From an uncultured Candidatus Saccharibacteria bacterium (GTDB taxonomy: Bacteria > Patescibacteriota > Minisyncoccia > Phycocordibacterales > Zambryskibacteraceae): 64,000 nucleotides of DNA. Of this stretch, positions 17,845 to 28,432 are shown one piece after another; the stretch's first letter is position 1; each line of letters begins with the position of its first letter. The notes beneath the pieces are model-generated. The model was not told where the DNA came from and made no database searches. It saw only the letters and a list, made by a program, of their open reading frames with translations. The translations under genes were made by a program, and so were the position numbers. Location: positions 4,818 to 68,817 of the forward strand of contig CAZFAS010000002.1 in the NCBI GenBank assembly GCA_964516975.1, written 5' to 3'.

Positions 17845-18369
17845 TTATTTGCTAAATTTTTTCTTATATATTTGCATTCCTTCGAGAAAACACTTCTCAG
17901 CTTCTTCTTTTCCTTTGAATCCTTTCACATGAACTTCCTTTTTTTGAATTTTCTTATAGGTACTAAAGAAATGATCCATCTCTTTGAGCGTGTGCTCGTT
18001 AATATTCTCAAGGTCTTTTACCTTGTCCCACCTTGGATCTGAAGTTGGAACAGCGATGATCTTGTCGTCTTCATCGCCAGAGTCATTCATGTTCATGATG
18101 GCTACTGGTCTCACTTGAACTAATATTCCAGGAACAAGTGGGTATGTTGAGAGTATAATTACATCAACTGGGTCACCATCGTGCCAGAGTGTCTGAGGGA
18201 CGAATCCATAATCATATGGATAGTCCTGAGCTGAGTGGAGTACTCGATCGAGGGTGATAAGTCCAGTTTTCTTGTCTATTTCGTATTTATTTTTTGAACC
18301 TTTATTGATTTCAACGATAACATTTATTGAATTCACTTCTCCAGGTTCAATATCATGCCATAGATTCAT
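17845..18369 (-). CDS. ppa: Inorganic pyrophosphatase (family I)
   Basis: 'DYPYDYGFVPQTLWHDGDPVDVIIL' is the PPase signature. The likely start is the internal Met (MNLWHDIEPG), abutting the nusA stop. Confidence 0.85.
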   Translation of the reverse strand: MNLWHDIEPGEVNSINVIVEINKGSKNKYEIDKKTGLITLDRVLHSAQDYPYDYGFVPQTLWHDGDPVDVIILSTYPLVPGILVQVRPVAIMNMNDSGDEDDKIIAVPTSDPRWDKVKDLENINEHTLKEMDHFFSTYKKIQKKEVHVKGFKGKEEAEKCFLEGMQIYKKKFSK

Positions 18370-18379
18370 ATGTTTTGTA

Positions 18380-19555
18380 TTAGATTTGTTCTTCAGTAAT
18401 AAGAGGTTTTTCTTCCTTCGGTTCATCTTTCGATTCGGCTTCCGCCACAGTCTCTCCTTGGACTGATTGGATGTCTATCTTCCATCCTGTGAGTTTTGCT
18501 GCAAGGCGAACATTTTGTCCACCGCGTCCGATAGCGAGAGATTGCTGATCTTCAGACACTCTCACTTTCGCTTCTTTTGTCTCCTCGTTAATATCTACTG
18601 AAAGTATTTTCGCAGGGGATAGTGCATCCTCGATAAACTTCTTTGTGTCAGGTGACCATTCGATTATATCGATTTTTTCACCGCCGAGCTCACTCATAAC
18701 TGTTGATACACGCACTCCGCGCTGCCCAACCATGGATCCTACTGGATCTACATGGTCATCCTTTGAGAACGCAGCAATCTTACTGCGGAAACCTGCTTCA
18801 CGGGCAACAGCTTTCACTTCAACTGTGCCATTAGCAATTTCGGGAGTCTCTTGCTTAAAGAGCTCTTCAAGGAATTTTGGATGAGAACGAGAAAGTCTGA
18901 GGAATATCCCCCTTGGAGTTTCCTCTACACGGTAGAGATATGCTCGAACTCTTTCGCCTTGGCTAAATCGTTCGTTAGGGATTTGTTCTTCATACGGAAG
19001 TATTCCAGTTGCTCGTCCCATGTCTACGAAAATATTTCCTCTTTCGATTCTCTGTACCGTGCCAGTAACAATGTCACCCTCTCGCTCACCGAATTCAGAA
19101 AGTACAGATACTTTCTCGGCTTCTCGGATTTTCTGCATGATCACTTGCTTTGCTGTTTGAGATGCGATGCGACCGAAATCCGCTTTGTTTTCAAGTGGGA
19201 ATACGATTTCTTCGTCGAGAGTAGCACCTTTTTTGATCTTCTGAGCATCTTGGATCCAGATATGATGTTCTGGATTAAAGATAACTCGCTCGTCACCTTC
19301 TGCTCTTTCGACTTCTTCATCCTCGGGCACATCAATAACACGAGTGTCATCAACGACAATCTTTACTTGGAAGAAATCAGTCTTTCCGGTATTTAAATCA
19401 AATTTTGCACGGACAATCTGGCCGCGCTTGCCGTACTCTTTTTTGTACGCAGTTGCGAGAGCCATTTCTATCGCGTCAATTATTTTTTCTTTTGGAATTC
19501 CTCGTTCTTGTTCCATTTGGTCAAGAACTGAGTGAATTACTTTTAAGTCGAACAT
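18380..19555 (-). CDS. nusA: Transcription termination/antitermination factor NusA
   Basis: 391 aa. N-terminal domain, S1 and tandem KH domains ('GRGGQNVRLAAKLTGWKIDI'). Confidence 0.9.
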   Translation of the reverse strand: MFDLKVIHSVLDQMEQERGIPKEKIIDAIEMALATAYKKEYGKRGQIVRAKFDLNTGKTDFFQVKIVVDDTRVIDVPEDEEVERAEGDERVIFNPEHHIWIQDAQKIKKGATLDEEIVFPLENKADFGRIASQTAKQVIMQKIREAEKVSVLSEFGEREGDIVTGTVQRIERGNIFVDMGRATGILPYEEQIPNERFSQGERVRAYLYRVEETPRGIFLRLSRSHPKFLEELFKQETPEIANGTVEVKAVAREAGFRSKIAAFSKDDHVDPVGSMVGQRGVRVSTVMSELGGEKIDIIEWSPDTKKFIEDALSPAKILSVDINEETKEAKVRVSEDQQSLAIGRGGQNVRLAAKLTGWKIDIQSVQGETVAEAESKDEPKEEKPLITEEQI

Positions 19556-19674
19556 ACAATTTTATGAATGATAATGAATAAAAATTTAGTATCCACCTAA
19601 TTTTTTGCAAAGCAAAAATTTTGGCGGATTAAGAAAAATATAGTCGCTTCGCTCTGTATTTTTCTAAAAAAATT

Positions 19675-19695
19675 AGCCCGCCTTTCGGGCGAACT
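19675..19695 (-). terminator. Hairpin after the metalloprotease gene
   Basis: agcccgc-cttt-cgggcg, with an A/T tract on the minus-strand 3' side. Confidence 0.4.
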
Positions 19696-19833
19696 TCCAT
19701 AACACTACATATAGTATACACGATTTACTTTTTTTGTCAAACTAGAGGCGTTTTAACCTTGAGGATAGCGATAGAAACGCCCCCCACACACATAGTGTAT
19801 GGGGGGCGCGTTCTAAAGAACGCACAACATTTC

Positions 19834-21444
19834 TTACTGGTACCCTACAACCTCCCGAGGAAGGCCGAGCATGAGAACCCTTTCACCCTGATGCGACTCA
19901 GCAAGGCTGAATTTTGCATGAGTGGAACGAAGTTTCTCACTAACAGCCTCGAAAAGCTCCATGTAGCCAACGTCAGTATCTGTAGCCTTGTTCATACTCA
20001 TACCAATTTTTGCCAAGTCACAACCTGACGCCATGTTCGTTCTCCAGCTACAAGTGTGGCCAAAACCCATGATGTGATATAGCTCATGACCATTTCCTTC
20101 TTGGGTCATGAACAGGGTATGTTGGAAATTAAGAATCCCTCCAACAATATCAGGGTATCCTTTTGGTCCCGCAGTAGCTGCACGGACAAAGTTGCTATTC
20201 ACTACGACAGTAATACCACTGTTACCTGAAAAACTAGAAAGATTACCTGGTGTAAAGAAATGGATACCACGAACTTTTTCTAAGCTATCAACGATGTTAC
20301 GGAAGAATCCAATAGAATCAATTGGTTCATTCGACGCATTTCTGTCGAACCCAATAGCAATGGGACGGCTATTGGACGAAATTGTTCCGATTGAATACTG
20401 CCATGTATTCGTTGCTGAGTTCAAATTGCGGTGGAAAAAGGAAGCATCTCCTGGACCCGCAGGTGTGTAAGCGAGATCAAGGCTAATTGATACAGCTTGA
20501 CCTGCATACATACCACGCTCGATTGTCCACGAACGGGGGATCCTCACTACATCCACACTCTTTGAGAAGTCTTTTCTCATGAGTGGGATAAGAGTTGGGA
20601 AGCAGGAACGATGAGTTGTATCCTTTGCATCGACAACCACATCAACCGAGTCTTCAAGAGAAATCCATGAAGCATTTACGGTAAATGAGCCGTCAGACTT
20701 CACATCGCTTGAGTCAATCTGGTAACCACTTTTTACATAAACGCGCGAATCTGTAAGGCAGGCGCTGTTTTGTTTCAGGTTAAACAGTGTTCCGGTGATA
20801 ACACTTGCCGGGATAACCGCAATGGTTACCTCAGCAGTTGCAGAACTAATCTCACCGTTACAGGTGAGAACATACTTTACTGTTCCAACTACGCTTGGTG
20901 TGACCACCTCATCTCCACTCATTGATGCTGAGACGCGAGCAGGTGTCCAAGAGTTGGACGCAGAGCTCGCATTCTCACAAGAGTGTGTGAGGGTTACACT
21001 CTGACCAAGTACGACGGTGTCTGCAGATGCCTTAAGAAAGGCTTTTACAGGATCGACAAACTTGACTGCTACAGCCGCAACATCTTGACCGAGTTTTCCA
21101 GTACATGTCAGCGTAAAGTTGACGATACCAGATGTTGGCGAAGATGCCTCAGCTGAGCCATTTGCCGGGAGGCTTGCATTAGACCAAGATCCGTTGCAAG
21201 CATCCGCATTCTTACTTTGCCAGTTGAGTGTAACTTTCGCTGAAACAGTAGTGATCGTAACGTTCGAGGAGAACGAAGCGATCGAAGGTGGTGCTGGAGG
21301 TGGGGGAGGTGGTTCGGTTGTACCGGTAACCTTACTTCCACCACCGCATGCAGTGAGAAGGAGCACGATGGTAATCCCCATCGTGACCTTCAATTGGGTA
21401 ACCGCGAGGGCTACCCGATTGCTGATACGATTCGGGGTAAACAT
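19834..21444 (-). CDS. Predicted lipoprotein with a C-terminal metzincin-type zinc metalloprotease domain and Ig-like repeats
   Basis: HExxHxxGxxH motif 'GHELYHIMGFGHT' (about 20050-20100). Lipobox 'LLLTACGGGS' after an internal Met (possible start 21381). Pro-rich linker 'EPPPPPPAPPS'. Beta-rich repeat region. Confidence 0.7.
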   Translation of the reverse strand: MFTPNRISNRVALAVTQLKVTMGITIVLLLTACGGGSKVTGTTEPPPPPPAPPSIASFSSNVTITTVSAKVTLNWQSKNADACNGSWSNASLPANGSAEASSPTSGIVNFTLTCTGKLGQDVAAVAVKFVDPVKAFLKASADTVVLGQSVTLTHSCENASSASNSWTPARVSASMSGDEVVTPSVVGTVKYVLTCNGEISSATAEVTIAVIPASVITGTLFNLKQNSACLTDSRVYVKSGYQIDSSDVKSDGSFTVNASWISLEDSVDVVVDAKDTTHRSCFPTLIPLMRKDFSKSVDVVRIPRSWTIERGMYAGQAVSISLDLAYTPAGPGDASFFHRNLNSATNTWQYSIGTISSNSRPIAIGFDRNASNEPIDSIGFFRNIVDSLEKVRGIHFFTPGNLSSFSGNSGITVVVNSNFVRAATAGPKGYPDIVGGILNFQHTLFMTQEGNGHELYHIMGFGHTCSWRTNMASGCDLAKIGMSMNKATDTDVGYMELFEAVSEKLRSTHAKFSLAESHQGERVLMLGLPREVVGYQ

Positions 21445-21654
21445 AGCTCCTCCTGTGAGGTCTCCAAATGAAATGTTGTGTCAAGGTACTTCTATTGACA
21501 GTATACCCAATGGTTCGGTGGAATAAAAGGGGTTGCCCTTGATTTTGTGAATAAGCTGTGTATAGCAAGTTATGACATTTCTTACTTATGCTACAATAGA
21601 AGGAAATCAAAAAGCATTCGCTTTTGGTACTTTTAATATTAATTTTTCAAAACC

Positions 21655-22206
21655 ATGCCACCACAGGGAACAATGCAAAATAATTCACAAGATACAGGGA
21701 ATAACAAAATTATTGTGTTAGCAATAGTTTTCATTCTTTTGCTCGTAGGCGCTTTTTATTTTTTAAGTATGAAAAAGACTCCTGCTCCAGTTCAAAATAC
21801 TGGTACAACGGGTACTGAACAAAATAATACTGGATTGACACAAGAAAAGGTTGAAATAAAAAAGACGAGTCTCATGACAGGGAATGAGGCAAATAAGCTT
21901 CCAAAAGGTTTTCCAACTGATCTTCCAGTGGATACCACAAACGTCGTTGAAAGTTATGTAGCAGAATATCCAAATAGAAACTTAACGCAGTATACGCTTG
22001 CTTTCTTAACGACAAAGTCTGTTAAAGAGGAAGTAACCACGTATGTTTCAGCAATAGAAAAAGCAGGGTACGCTTTTACAGCTGATGGAAAAGATCTTGT
22101 GCATGGATACTTGAATGCAAAAAAGGGTAAGACCACGGTGTCTGTAGTTGTTGGAACTTCTAATTCTAAAACGATAGTAAATATTACCTACTCAGTTGAA
22201 AAATAA
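21655..22206 (+). CDS. Hypothetical membrane-anchored protein
   Basis: 183 aa. A TM helix (IIVLAIVFILLLVGAFYFL) followed by a soluble domain. Terminates 10 nt inside the next gene's tool-called start. Confidence 0.5.
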   Translation: MPPQGTMQNNSQDTGNNKIIVLAIVFILLLVGAFYFLSMKKTPAPVQNTGTTGTEQNNTGLTQEKVEIKKTSLMTGNEANKLPKGFPTDLPVDTTNVVESYVAEYPNRNLTQYTLAFLTTKSVKEEVTTYVSAIEKAGYAFTADGKDLVHGYLNAKKGKTTVSVVVGTSNSKTIVNITYSVEK

Positions 22207-22219
22207 TTTATACAGTACA

Positions 22220-25200
22220 ATGCACAAAATATTCAAAAAAAAGACTTTCTCTCGGATTGCACTTGCTGTGGTGGCACTTGCTCTCTTTGGGTCTGTGTAT
22301 GGGGTACAGCCAAAAAAAGCAGAGGCAATTGGCTGTAATGCTAATTCTATTACATCATTTACAACAAGTCCTACTTCAGGACCAGCTTGGTCAACGGTAA
22401 CAATTAGTTGGAATATTACACCAGGATGCGTAGTAGCGTATCTCGATCTTAATCCTCTTGCAGGTCCAGGAGCTCATAATTATGTATTAGTAAATGAAAC
22501 AAGCGGTACCTATTCGCAGGTATTGTCAGGTCCACCTGAAGTGTATGAAATTCGTGCATATTTGAACGATCCTGGAATTGGGGCTGTTGAGTTTACAACA
22601 CCAGATGATTCTCAGCAGGTGACAGTAAGTAATTCAGGAAGCGCTTTACCACCACCGAGTCCAGCATGTACATCAGGTACTCCAAGGGTAACTATAAACT
22701 GGAATCCGGCAAAAAATTCCATGGGGAATTATGGCCCTTATACTATCTGGAGAGACGGTTCGATTATTGCATCTGGTGTTACGGGTACTACGTATACAGA
22801 CAATGGCCCGCTCTCTTTCAGCACAACATATACTTACACTGTTACACCTTCTCCAAATATTTATTATAACTTTCAGCAATCTACAGTAACTACACCTGCT
22901 TCTTGTCCAGCATCTCCTGCAACGATTACTGTTACACAAACACCGGTGAGTGGTGGGACATGGAATATAACACCAGGGAATTATACTTCTACTTCAAATA
23001 CGGTTAATCCTGCATCCGGTGGCACAACATATACATTAACTTCAAACTCAGTACCAAGTGGATATACTCTTGGCTCGATTACTAATAGTGTAACTGGTTC
23101 CTCTGCATCCTTCGTTGGAATGCCAGGTGGTAGTTATAATTACACTATAAATTATACTCCAATCGCATCAGGGCCAAGCGTGGACATGCTGGCAAATGGA
23201 TTGTTACCTGGAAAAGGCGGAACAATCTCCCTTGCATACGGCCAATCACTTGATCTTTCTTGGACATCAACGAATGCAACACTCTGTACAACTGGTGCGC
23301 CAATGAATTCTGGTGTAAATGTGAATGGATCATCGGGAACCATGGCATATGGTCATCCGCATTATCCAGTTGCTCCATCAACCACATATTCTATTACATG
23401 TACAAATGGTGTTCCAAGTGATACTGATACTGTCACTGTGCAAGTTCCTCCAAATCCTCCAACTGGTTTTTCTGCTAGTGCTTCTGTGTCCTGTGGTAAT
23501 AATGCTGTAACACTTACATGGAGTGCTTCAGTTGGGGCATCAAGTTATAAAGTATATCGTAGTATTACATCAGGAAGTGGGTATGGGTTAATTGCATCTA
23601 ATATTGCTGGAACTTCATACACCGATTCTACTGGAACATCAAATACTACCTATTATTATGTTGTTCAGGCAGTAGATGCGGCTGGATCTTCTGGTAATTC
23701 TGCCGAAGATAGCGTAACGACCCCAGCTGCTTGTCCTCCAGTTCCAGTGGTTACTATCACCGCGAACCCTACCAGTGGAACAGTAAACGCAGTTAATCCA
23801 GCGCTTACTTGGAGTGCAACAAATGCTCCAACAAGTTGTACAGCAAGCGGAGATTGGTCTGGCGCAAAATCAGTAACTGGTACAAATGTATTTCAGGGAA
23901 CACTTACGCAAATAAAAACATATACATATACACTCGTATGTACGAATGCGGGTGGAAGTAGCGCACCTGCCAGCGCTAATGTTGTAGTTTCAGCAGCAGG
24001 TAATTCTTCTCCAACAGCAAATGCTGGTCCAGATAAAGCTATTACTCTTCCAACAACATCATCAGCCCCAACTGGTACATCAGCAACAGATTCTGATGGG
24101 TCAATAAGTAGTACGGTATGGTCATTTGTTTCTGGTCCTGTAACTCCAACCATTACAAATGGTAGTACTCTTACTCCAACATTTACCAATATGACTGTTG
24201 CAGGTACGTATGTATTCAGACTTACAGCAACTGATAATCTTGGTGCAACCGGGTCGGACACGATGCAGGTAACGGTAAGTGCAGCACCAGTTCCAGTGGT
24301 AACAATCACCGCAAATCCAACGAGTGGAACGGTAAATGTGGTAAATCCTTCGCTAACATGGACGGTAACAAATTCACCAACAAGTTGTACAGCAAGCGGT
24401 GATTGGTCTGGCGCTAAGGCAACATCAGGTACCAATGTATCTCAGGGAGTGCTAACTCAAGTAAGGACGTATACATTTACACTTACTTGTGCAAATGGAA
24501 GTGGTAGTGGTACGCCAGCGAGTGCAACAGTTGTTGTGTCAGCGGCTACTACCGCATCAATTACAGTAAATCAGACAGGTCAAACTACAGGTACTTGGAG
24601 TATTAATGGGGGAGTCCTTACTGGTACTGGCGCTACAGCAATTCGAACTGTAACCCCAGCAGCATGTGCAGGGGGGACAAATTATACAATCACTCCTGCC
24701 ACAATATCTGGGTATACATATGCTGTAACACCAGCATCGACCCTTAATGTATGTCCAGGTGGATCTATTACATTTAATGTTGCGTATTCAGCAAGTTTTG
24801 ACTACTCAGTATCAAATGGGGGGCCGGTAACACTAACTGCAGGAGGATCAAGTGGTCAGACTACTGTCACAAAGACCCTTGTATCAGGCACCTCTCAGTC
24901 TATTAATGACACAGTGAGTGGTGTTCCAGCAAATGTAAATGTAAGCTACACCGCAAATCGTGATTGTTTGCCAACATGTACAGATACAGTGACGTTTACT
25001 GCATTATCAAGTGCTGTTGCCGGAACATATCCTATTACCATCACAACATCTGGAGGTGGTATCGGAAATAAAACAAGCTCGTTTAACTTGGTAATAAATC
25101 CTGCTGCAACTGTTACACTTGTATCAAATCCTTCAGGAAATGCAGTGGTAGGGCAGACAGTTACATGGACAGCAAGCCCAAGTGGATGTACTTCATATAC

Positions 25201-25375
25201 ATGGAGTGGTACCGATATTCCTGGTGGATCAACTGGCGGAAATAATACATACTCGTTCACGTATCAGTCTACTGGTGCGAAGACGGTTAACGTAACAGCT
25301 GTGTGTTCAAGCGTTTCAATTCCAGCAAGTGGAAACATCTTAATCGGTGTAAATCCAAAGATTATAGAGTTTTAA
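22220..25375 (+). CDS. Very large secreted S/T-rich surface protein with repeated Ig/FN3-like and PKD-like domains
   Basis: Signal peptide 'MHKIFKKKTFSRIALAVVALALFGSVYG'. PKD-like segment 'ANAGPDKAI...VWSFVSGP...GTYVFRLTATDNLGATGSD'. Multiple internally repeated beta domains. The tool ORF starts at a TTG at 22196. Confidence 0.7.
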   Translation: MHKIFKKKTFSRIALAVVALALFGSVYGVQPKKAEAIGCNANSITSFTTSPTSGPAWSTVTISWNITPGCVVAYLDLNPLAGPGAHNYVLVNETSGTYSQVLSGPPEVYEIRAYLNDPGIGAVEFTTPDDSQQVTVSNSGSALPPPSPACTSGTPRVTINWNPAKNSMGNYGPYTIWRDGSIIASGVTGTTYTDNGPLSFSTTYTYTVTPSPNIYYNFQQSTVTTPASCPASPATITVTQTPVSGGTWNITPGNYTSTSNTVNPASGGTTYTLTSNSVPSGYTLGSITNSVTGSSASFVGMPGGSYNYTINYTPIASGPSVDMLANGLLPGKGGTISLAYGQSLDLSWTSTNATLCTTGAPMNSGVNVNGSSGTMAYGHPHYPVAPSTTYSITCTNGVPSDTDTVTVQVPPNPPTGFSASASVSCGNNAVTLTWSASVGASSYKVYRSITSGSGYGLIASNIAGTSYTDSTGTSNTTYYYVVQAVDAAGSSGNSAEDSVTTPAACPPVPVVTITANPTSGTVNAVNPALTWSATNAPTSCTASGDWSGAKSVTGTNVFQGTLTQIKTYTYTLVCTNAGGSSAPASANVVVSAAGNSSPTANAGPDKAITLPTTSSAPTGTSATDSDGSISSTVWSFVSGPVTPTITNGSTLTPTFTNMTVAGTYVFRLTATDNLGATGSDTMQVTVSAAPVPVVTITANPTSGTVNVVNPSLTWTVTNSPTSCTASGDWSGAKATSGTNVSQGVLTQVRTYTFTLTCANGSGSGTPASATVVVSAATTASITVNQTGQTTGTWSINGGVLTGTGATAIRTVTPAACAGGTNYTITPATISGYTYAVTPASTLNVCPGGSITFNVAYSASFDYSVSNGGPVTLTAGGSSGQTTVTKTLVSGTSQSINDTVSGVPANVNVSYTANRDCLPTCTDTVTFTALSSAVAGTYPITITTSGGGIGNKTSSFNLVINPAATVTLVSNPSGNAVVGQTVTWTASPSGCTSYTWSGTDIPGGSTGGNNTYSFTYQSTGAKTVNVTAVCSSVSIPASGNILIGVNPKIIEF
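23738..24547 (+). repeat. Tandem about 262-nt domain repeats within the giant surface protein gene (units about 23738-23999 and 24286-24547)
   Basis: 'PVPVVTITANPTSGTVN.VNP.LTW..TN.PTSCTASGDWSGAK...GTNV.QG.LTQ..TYT.TL.C.N..GS..PASA.VVVSAA' occurs twice with high nucleotide identity, separated by a PKD-like domain. Confidence 0.7.
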
Positions 25376-25400
25376 AAAATAGAAAAATGTTTTATAACAA

Positions 25401-25427
25401 AAATCCTCTCACACAGAGGATTTTTGT
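25401..25427 (+). terminator. Terminator after the giant surface protein gene
   Basis: aaatcctct-cacac-agaggatttttgtttg. Confidence 0.55.
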
Positions 25428-25456
25428 TTGCTATACTATGTATGAATAGTTCTCGT

Positions 25457-27211
25457 ATGCTAATACAAGAAACACAACTTAAAGAATTTATCTTGGACTC
25501 AGGTCTTGTATCCAGAGCTCAGGTTGAAGCTGCAGAAAAGGAGTCAAAAGAAAAAGGTATTAGTGTCGGGAAAATCCTCGTTGATAAGGGAAACATTACT
25601 GAAGATGACTTGAGAAGAATGCAAGCATACATTCTCGGTATTCCATTTGTAGATCTCAAAGGCCAACATATAGATTTTGAAGTACTCTCTCTTGTCCCAG
25701 AGCCAATTGCTCGAAACCATAATATAGTCGCATTTCGAAAAAATGGAGAATCTCTTGAGGTAGCAATGCTTGATACTGATGATTTGACCGCCATTGATTT
25801 TGTAAGAAAAAAGACAGGACTCAAGATTCTCCCTCGACTAACAGATAGTGAGTCTGTAAAAAGTGCTCTGCTTTCTTATCAAAAAAGTCTTAAAGCCGAA
25901 TTTGGAGATATCATTCAAAAAGAGGCGAGCTCACTCAAAGAAGTGCAGGAAAAGGATAGTGATGAAGTGGCGAGTGAAGATGATTTGAAAAAACTTGCCG
26001 AAGATATCCCTGTTGTTCGTATTGTCGATACGCTTTTAAAACACGCAATTATCCAAGATGCTTCTGATATCCACATTGAGCCAATGGAAAATCAGGTCTT
26101 AGTTCGCTATCGAATCGATGGGTTACTTCATGATGCTATGGTTCTTCCAAAAAACGTTGCTGGAGGAATTACTGCAAGAATTAAAGTGCTTTCAAGTATG
26201 AAGCTTGATGAAAAAAGAATTCCACAAGACGGAAGATTTAAGATCGATATGAATGGAGAAAAAGTTTCATTTCGTGTTTCTACTCTTCCAACTTACTATG
26301 GAGAGAAAACAGTAATGCGATTACTTCGAGAGGGAGTATCTGGTTTTACGCTTGAAGGTTTAGGCTTCCATGGTGAAGAATTGGAGAAACTTCATAATGC
26401 GACGAAGCTTGCAAACGGAATGATTCTTACAACAGGTCCTACTGGATCTGGAAAAACTACTACGCTCTATACAATTTTGGATATTTTAAATACCCCAGAT
26501 GTAAATATCTCTACAATTGAAGATCCAATTGAGTATCAGATGAAGAGAGTGAACCAAACTCAGGTAAAGCCAGAGATAGGTTTTACTTTTGCCAATGGGC
26601 TTCGAACACTCGTACGACAAGACCCAGATATTATTATGGTGGGAGAAATTCGTGACACAGAAACGGCTGCCCTTGGTGTGAATGCAGCGCTTACAGGTCA
26701 CCTTGTGCTTTCATCACTTCATACAAATTCTGCAGCAGGAACTATTGCACGTCTCATTGATATGAAAATTGAGCCTTTCCTATTAACCTCAACACTTTCA
26801 GTAATAATTGCTCAAAGACTTATTCGAAGACTTTCTGATACGAAAGAAAAAGTAAAAATATCGAAAGAAGAGATAGCTGCACTTGGGAAAATTGTCGATC
26901 TTGATCGTGTTATGAAGGCATTAAAAGATGAAAAGATTGTAGATAAAGATGCGAAGTGGGAAGGGCTTTCAATTTATAAGCCTAAACCAAGTGCAGATTC
27001 GGAGGATGGATATAAAGGAAGAATAGGAATACATGAGGTGTTTAAAGTGAGTCCAGCAATAAAAGATTTAATCATAAAAGCAGCAACTACAGCAGAGATC
27101 GAAGAGCAAGCAAAGAAGGAAGGAATGCTCACGATGCTTGAGGACGGAGTATTTAAGGTTGTGCAAGGTATCACAACAGTTGAAGAAGTTCTCCGTGTCG
27201 TTTCAGAATAA
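25457..27211 (+). CDS. pilB: Type IV pilus assembly ATPase PilB / GspE family
   Basis: N-terminal GSPII domain, Walker A 'TGPTGSGKTTTLY', and 'GEIRDTETA...SLHTNSAAGTIARLIDM'. Start is likely the Met at 25457 (the tool ORF begins at 25424). Confidence 0.9.
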   Translation: MLIQETQLKEFILDSGLVSRAQVEAAEKESKEKGISVGKILVDKGNITEDDLRRMQAYILGIPFVDLKGQHIDFEVLSLVPEPIARNHNIVAFRKNGESLEVAMLDTDDLTAIDFVRKKTGLKILPRLTDSESVKSALLSYQKSLKAEFGDIIQKEASSLKEVQEKDSDEVASEDDLKKLAEDIPVVRIVDTLLKHAIIQDASDIHIEPMENQVLVRYRIDGLLHDAMVLPKNVAGGITARIKVLSSMKLDEKRIPQDGRFKIDMNGEKVSFRVSTLPTYYGEKTVMRLLREGVSGFTLEGLGFHGEELEKLHNATKLANGMILTTGPTGSGKTTTLYTILDILNTPDVNISTIEDPIEYQMKRVNQTQVKPEIGFTFANGLRTLVRQDPDIIMVGEIRDTETAALGVNAALTGHLVLSSLHTNSAAGTIARLIDMKIEPFLLTSTLSVIIAQRLIRRLSDTKEKVKISKEEIAALGKIVDLDRVMKALKDEKIVDKDAKWEGLSIYKPKPSADSEDGYKGRIGIHEVFKVSPAIKDLIIKAATTAEIEEQAKKEGMLTMLEDGVFKVVQGITTVEEVLRVVSE

Positions 27212-27216
27212 TTTTT

Positions 27217-28431
27217 ATGGCACATTTTACATACAAAGCAGTAAATAGTAGCGGGCAGTCGTATGAAGGCGAAATGGAAGCGCAGGATAGATTTGTAGTG
27301 TACCGAAAGATTCGTAGCGAAGGTGGTTCGGTTGTTTTTGTAAATGAAGTTAAAAAAAGGACTTTATTTGATGGAAAGTTTTCAAATATGTTTGGCTCAA
27401 TAAAGGCCATTGAGAAAATAACTTTTGCAAGAAACCTTGGTTCTATGATAGAGGCAGGACTTTCAGTAACTCGAGCGCTTACTGTGATGGAGAAGCAATC
27501 AAAGAACAAAAAACTTAAGGCGATTTTGAATAGTTTGAATGAGAATATTAGTAAAGGGCAAAGCTTAAGTGATGGAATGAAGGAGTACCCTAAGGAATTT
27601 TCTCAGTTGTTTGTTTCAATGGTCAAGGCGGGAGAGGAAAGCGGCAATCTTGCCGGGTCTCTTAAGGTTATTGCAATCCAGATGGATAAGTCGTATGCGC
27701 TAAGTAGAAAAGTGAAAGGTGCTCTCATCTATCCAGCGGTAATTTTCTCAGTAATGGTTGTTATTGGTGTGCTGATGATGGTCTATATGGTACCTACACT
27801 TACTGCAACTTTTAAAGGGCTTGGCGTTGATTTACCACTTTCTACGCGTATCGTCATCGGGATTAGTGATTTTTTGAGAAATCATTTTCTTATTGTATTT
27901 TTGGCCGTTGTGGCGGTGATAGTCACCATTGCAGCACTTCTAAAAACGAAAGCGGGTAGTAGAGCATTTGATTACTTCATCCTTCATTTGCCAGTCATTG
28001 GAACGATAGTGAAGGAGGTTAATTCTGCACGAACAACACGAACACTCTCTTCACTTCTTTCGTCCGGTGTAGATGTTGTTGTTGCTCTTGGTGTGACAGA
28101 GGAGGTAATTCAGAATAGTTTTTATAAGGAAGTATTGGGTAAGGCACATGAAAATATCCAGAAAGGGGATCCTATTTCAGCAGTGTTTATTGAGCACGAA
28201 AATCTATACCCAATATTTGTTGGTGAAATGATGAATGTGGGAGAAGAGACAGGAAAAATGGCAGACATGCTACTAGGTGTCGCTGCATACTATGAAGATG
28301 AGGTTGATCAAAAAACAAAGGATATGTCCACAATCATTGAACCTGTGCTCATGGTAATTATTGGTATAGCGGTTGGTATATTTGCGATTTCAATGCTTGC
28401 GCCTACGTATTCATTGGTTGACAAAATCTAG
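27217..28431 (+). CDS. pilC: Type IV pilus / T2SS platform protein PilC/GspF
   Basis: 404 aa. Two GspF repeats and three TM segments, typical of PilC. Confidence 0.9.
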   Translation: MAHFTYKAVNSSGQSYEGEMEAQDRFVVYRKIRSEGGSVVFVNEVKKRTLFDGKFSNMFGSIKAIEKITFARNLGSMIEAGLSVTRALTVMEKQSKNKKLKAILNSLNENISKGQSLSDGMKEYPKEFSQLFVSMVKAGEESGNLAGSLKVIAIQMDKSYALSRKVKGALIYPAVIFSVMVVIGVLMMVYMVPTLTATFKGLGVDLPLSTRIVIGISDFLRNHFLIVFLAVVAVIVTIAALLKTKAGSRAFDYFILHLPVIGTIVKEVNSARTTRTLSSLLSSGVDVVVALGVTEEVIQNSFYKEVLGKAHENIQKGDPISAVFIEHENLYPIFVGEMMNVGEETGKMADMLLGVAAYYEDEVDQKTKDMSTIIEPVLMVIIGIAVGIFAISMLAPTYSLVDKI

Positions 28432-28432
28432 G

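Noticed and set aside
20108-21526. 120-aa and 135-aa + ORFs
   Set aside because: Antisense to the metzincin lipoprotein gene.
23893-24435. 180-aa - ORF
   Set aside because: Antisense to the giant surface protein gene, inside its tandem repeat.
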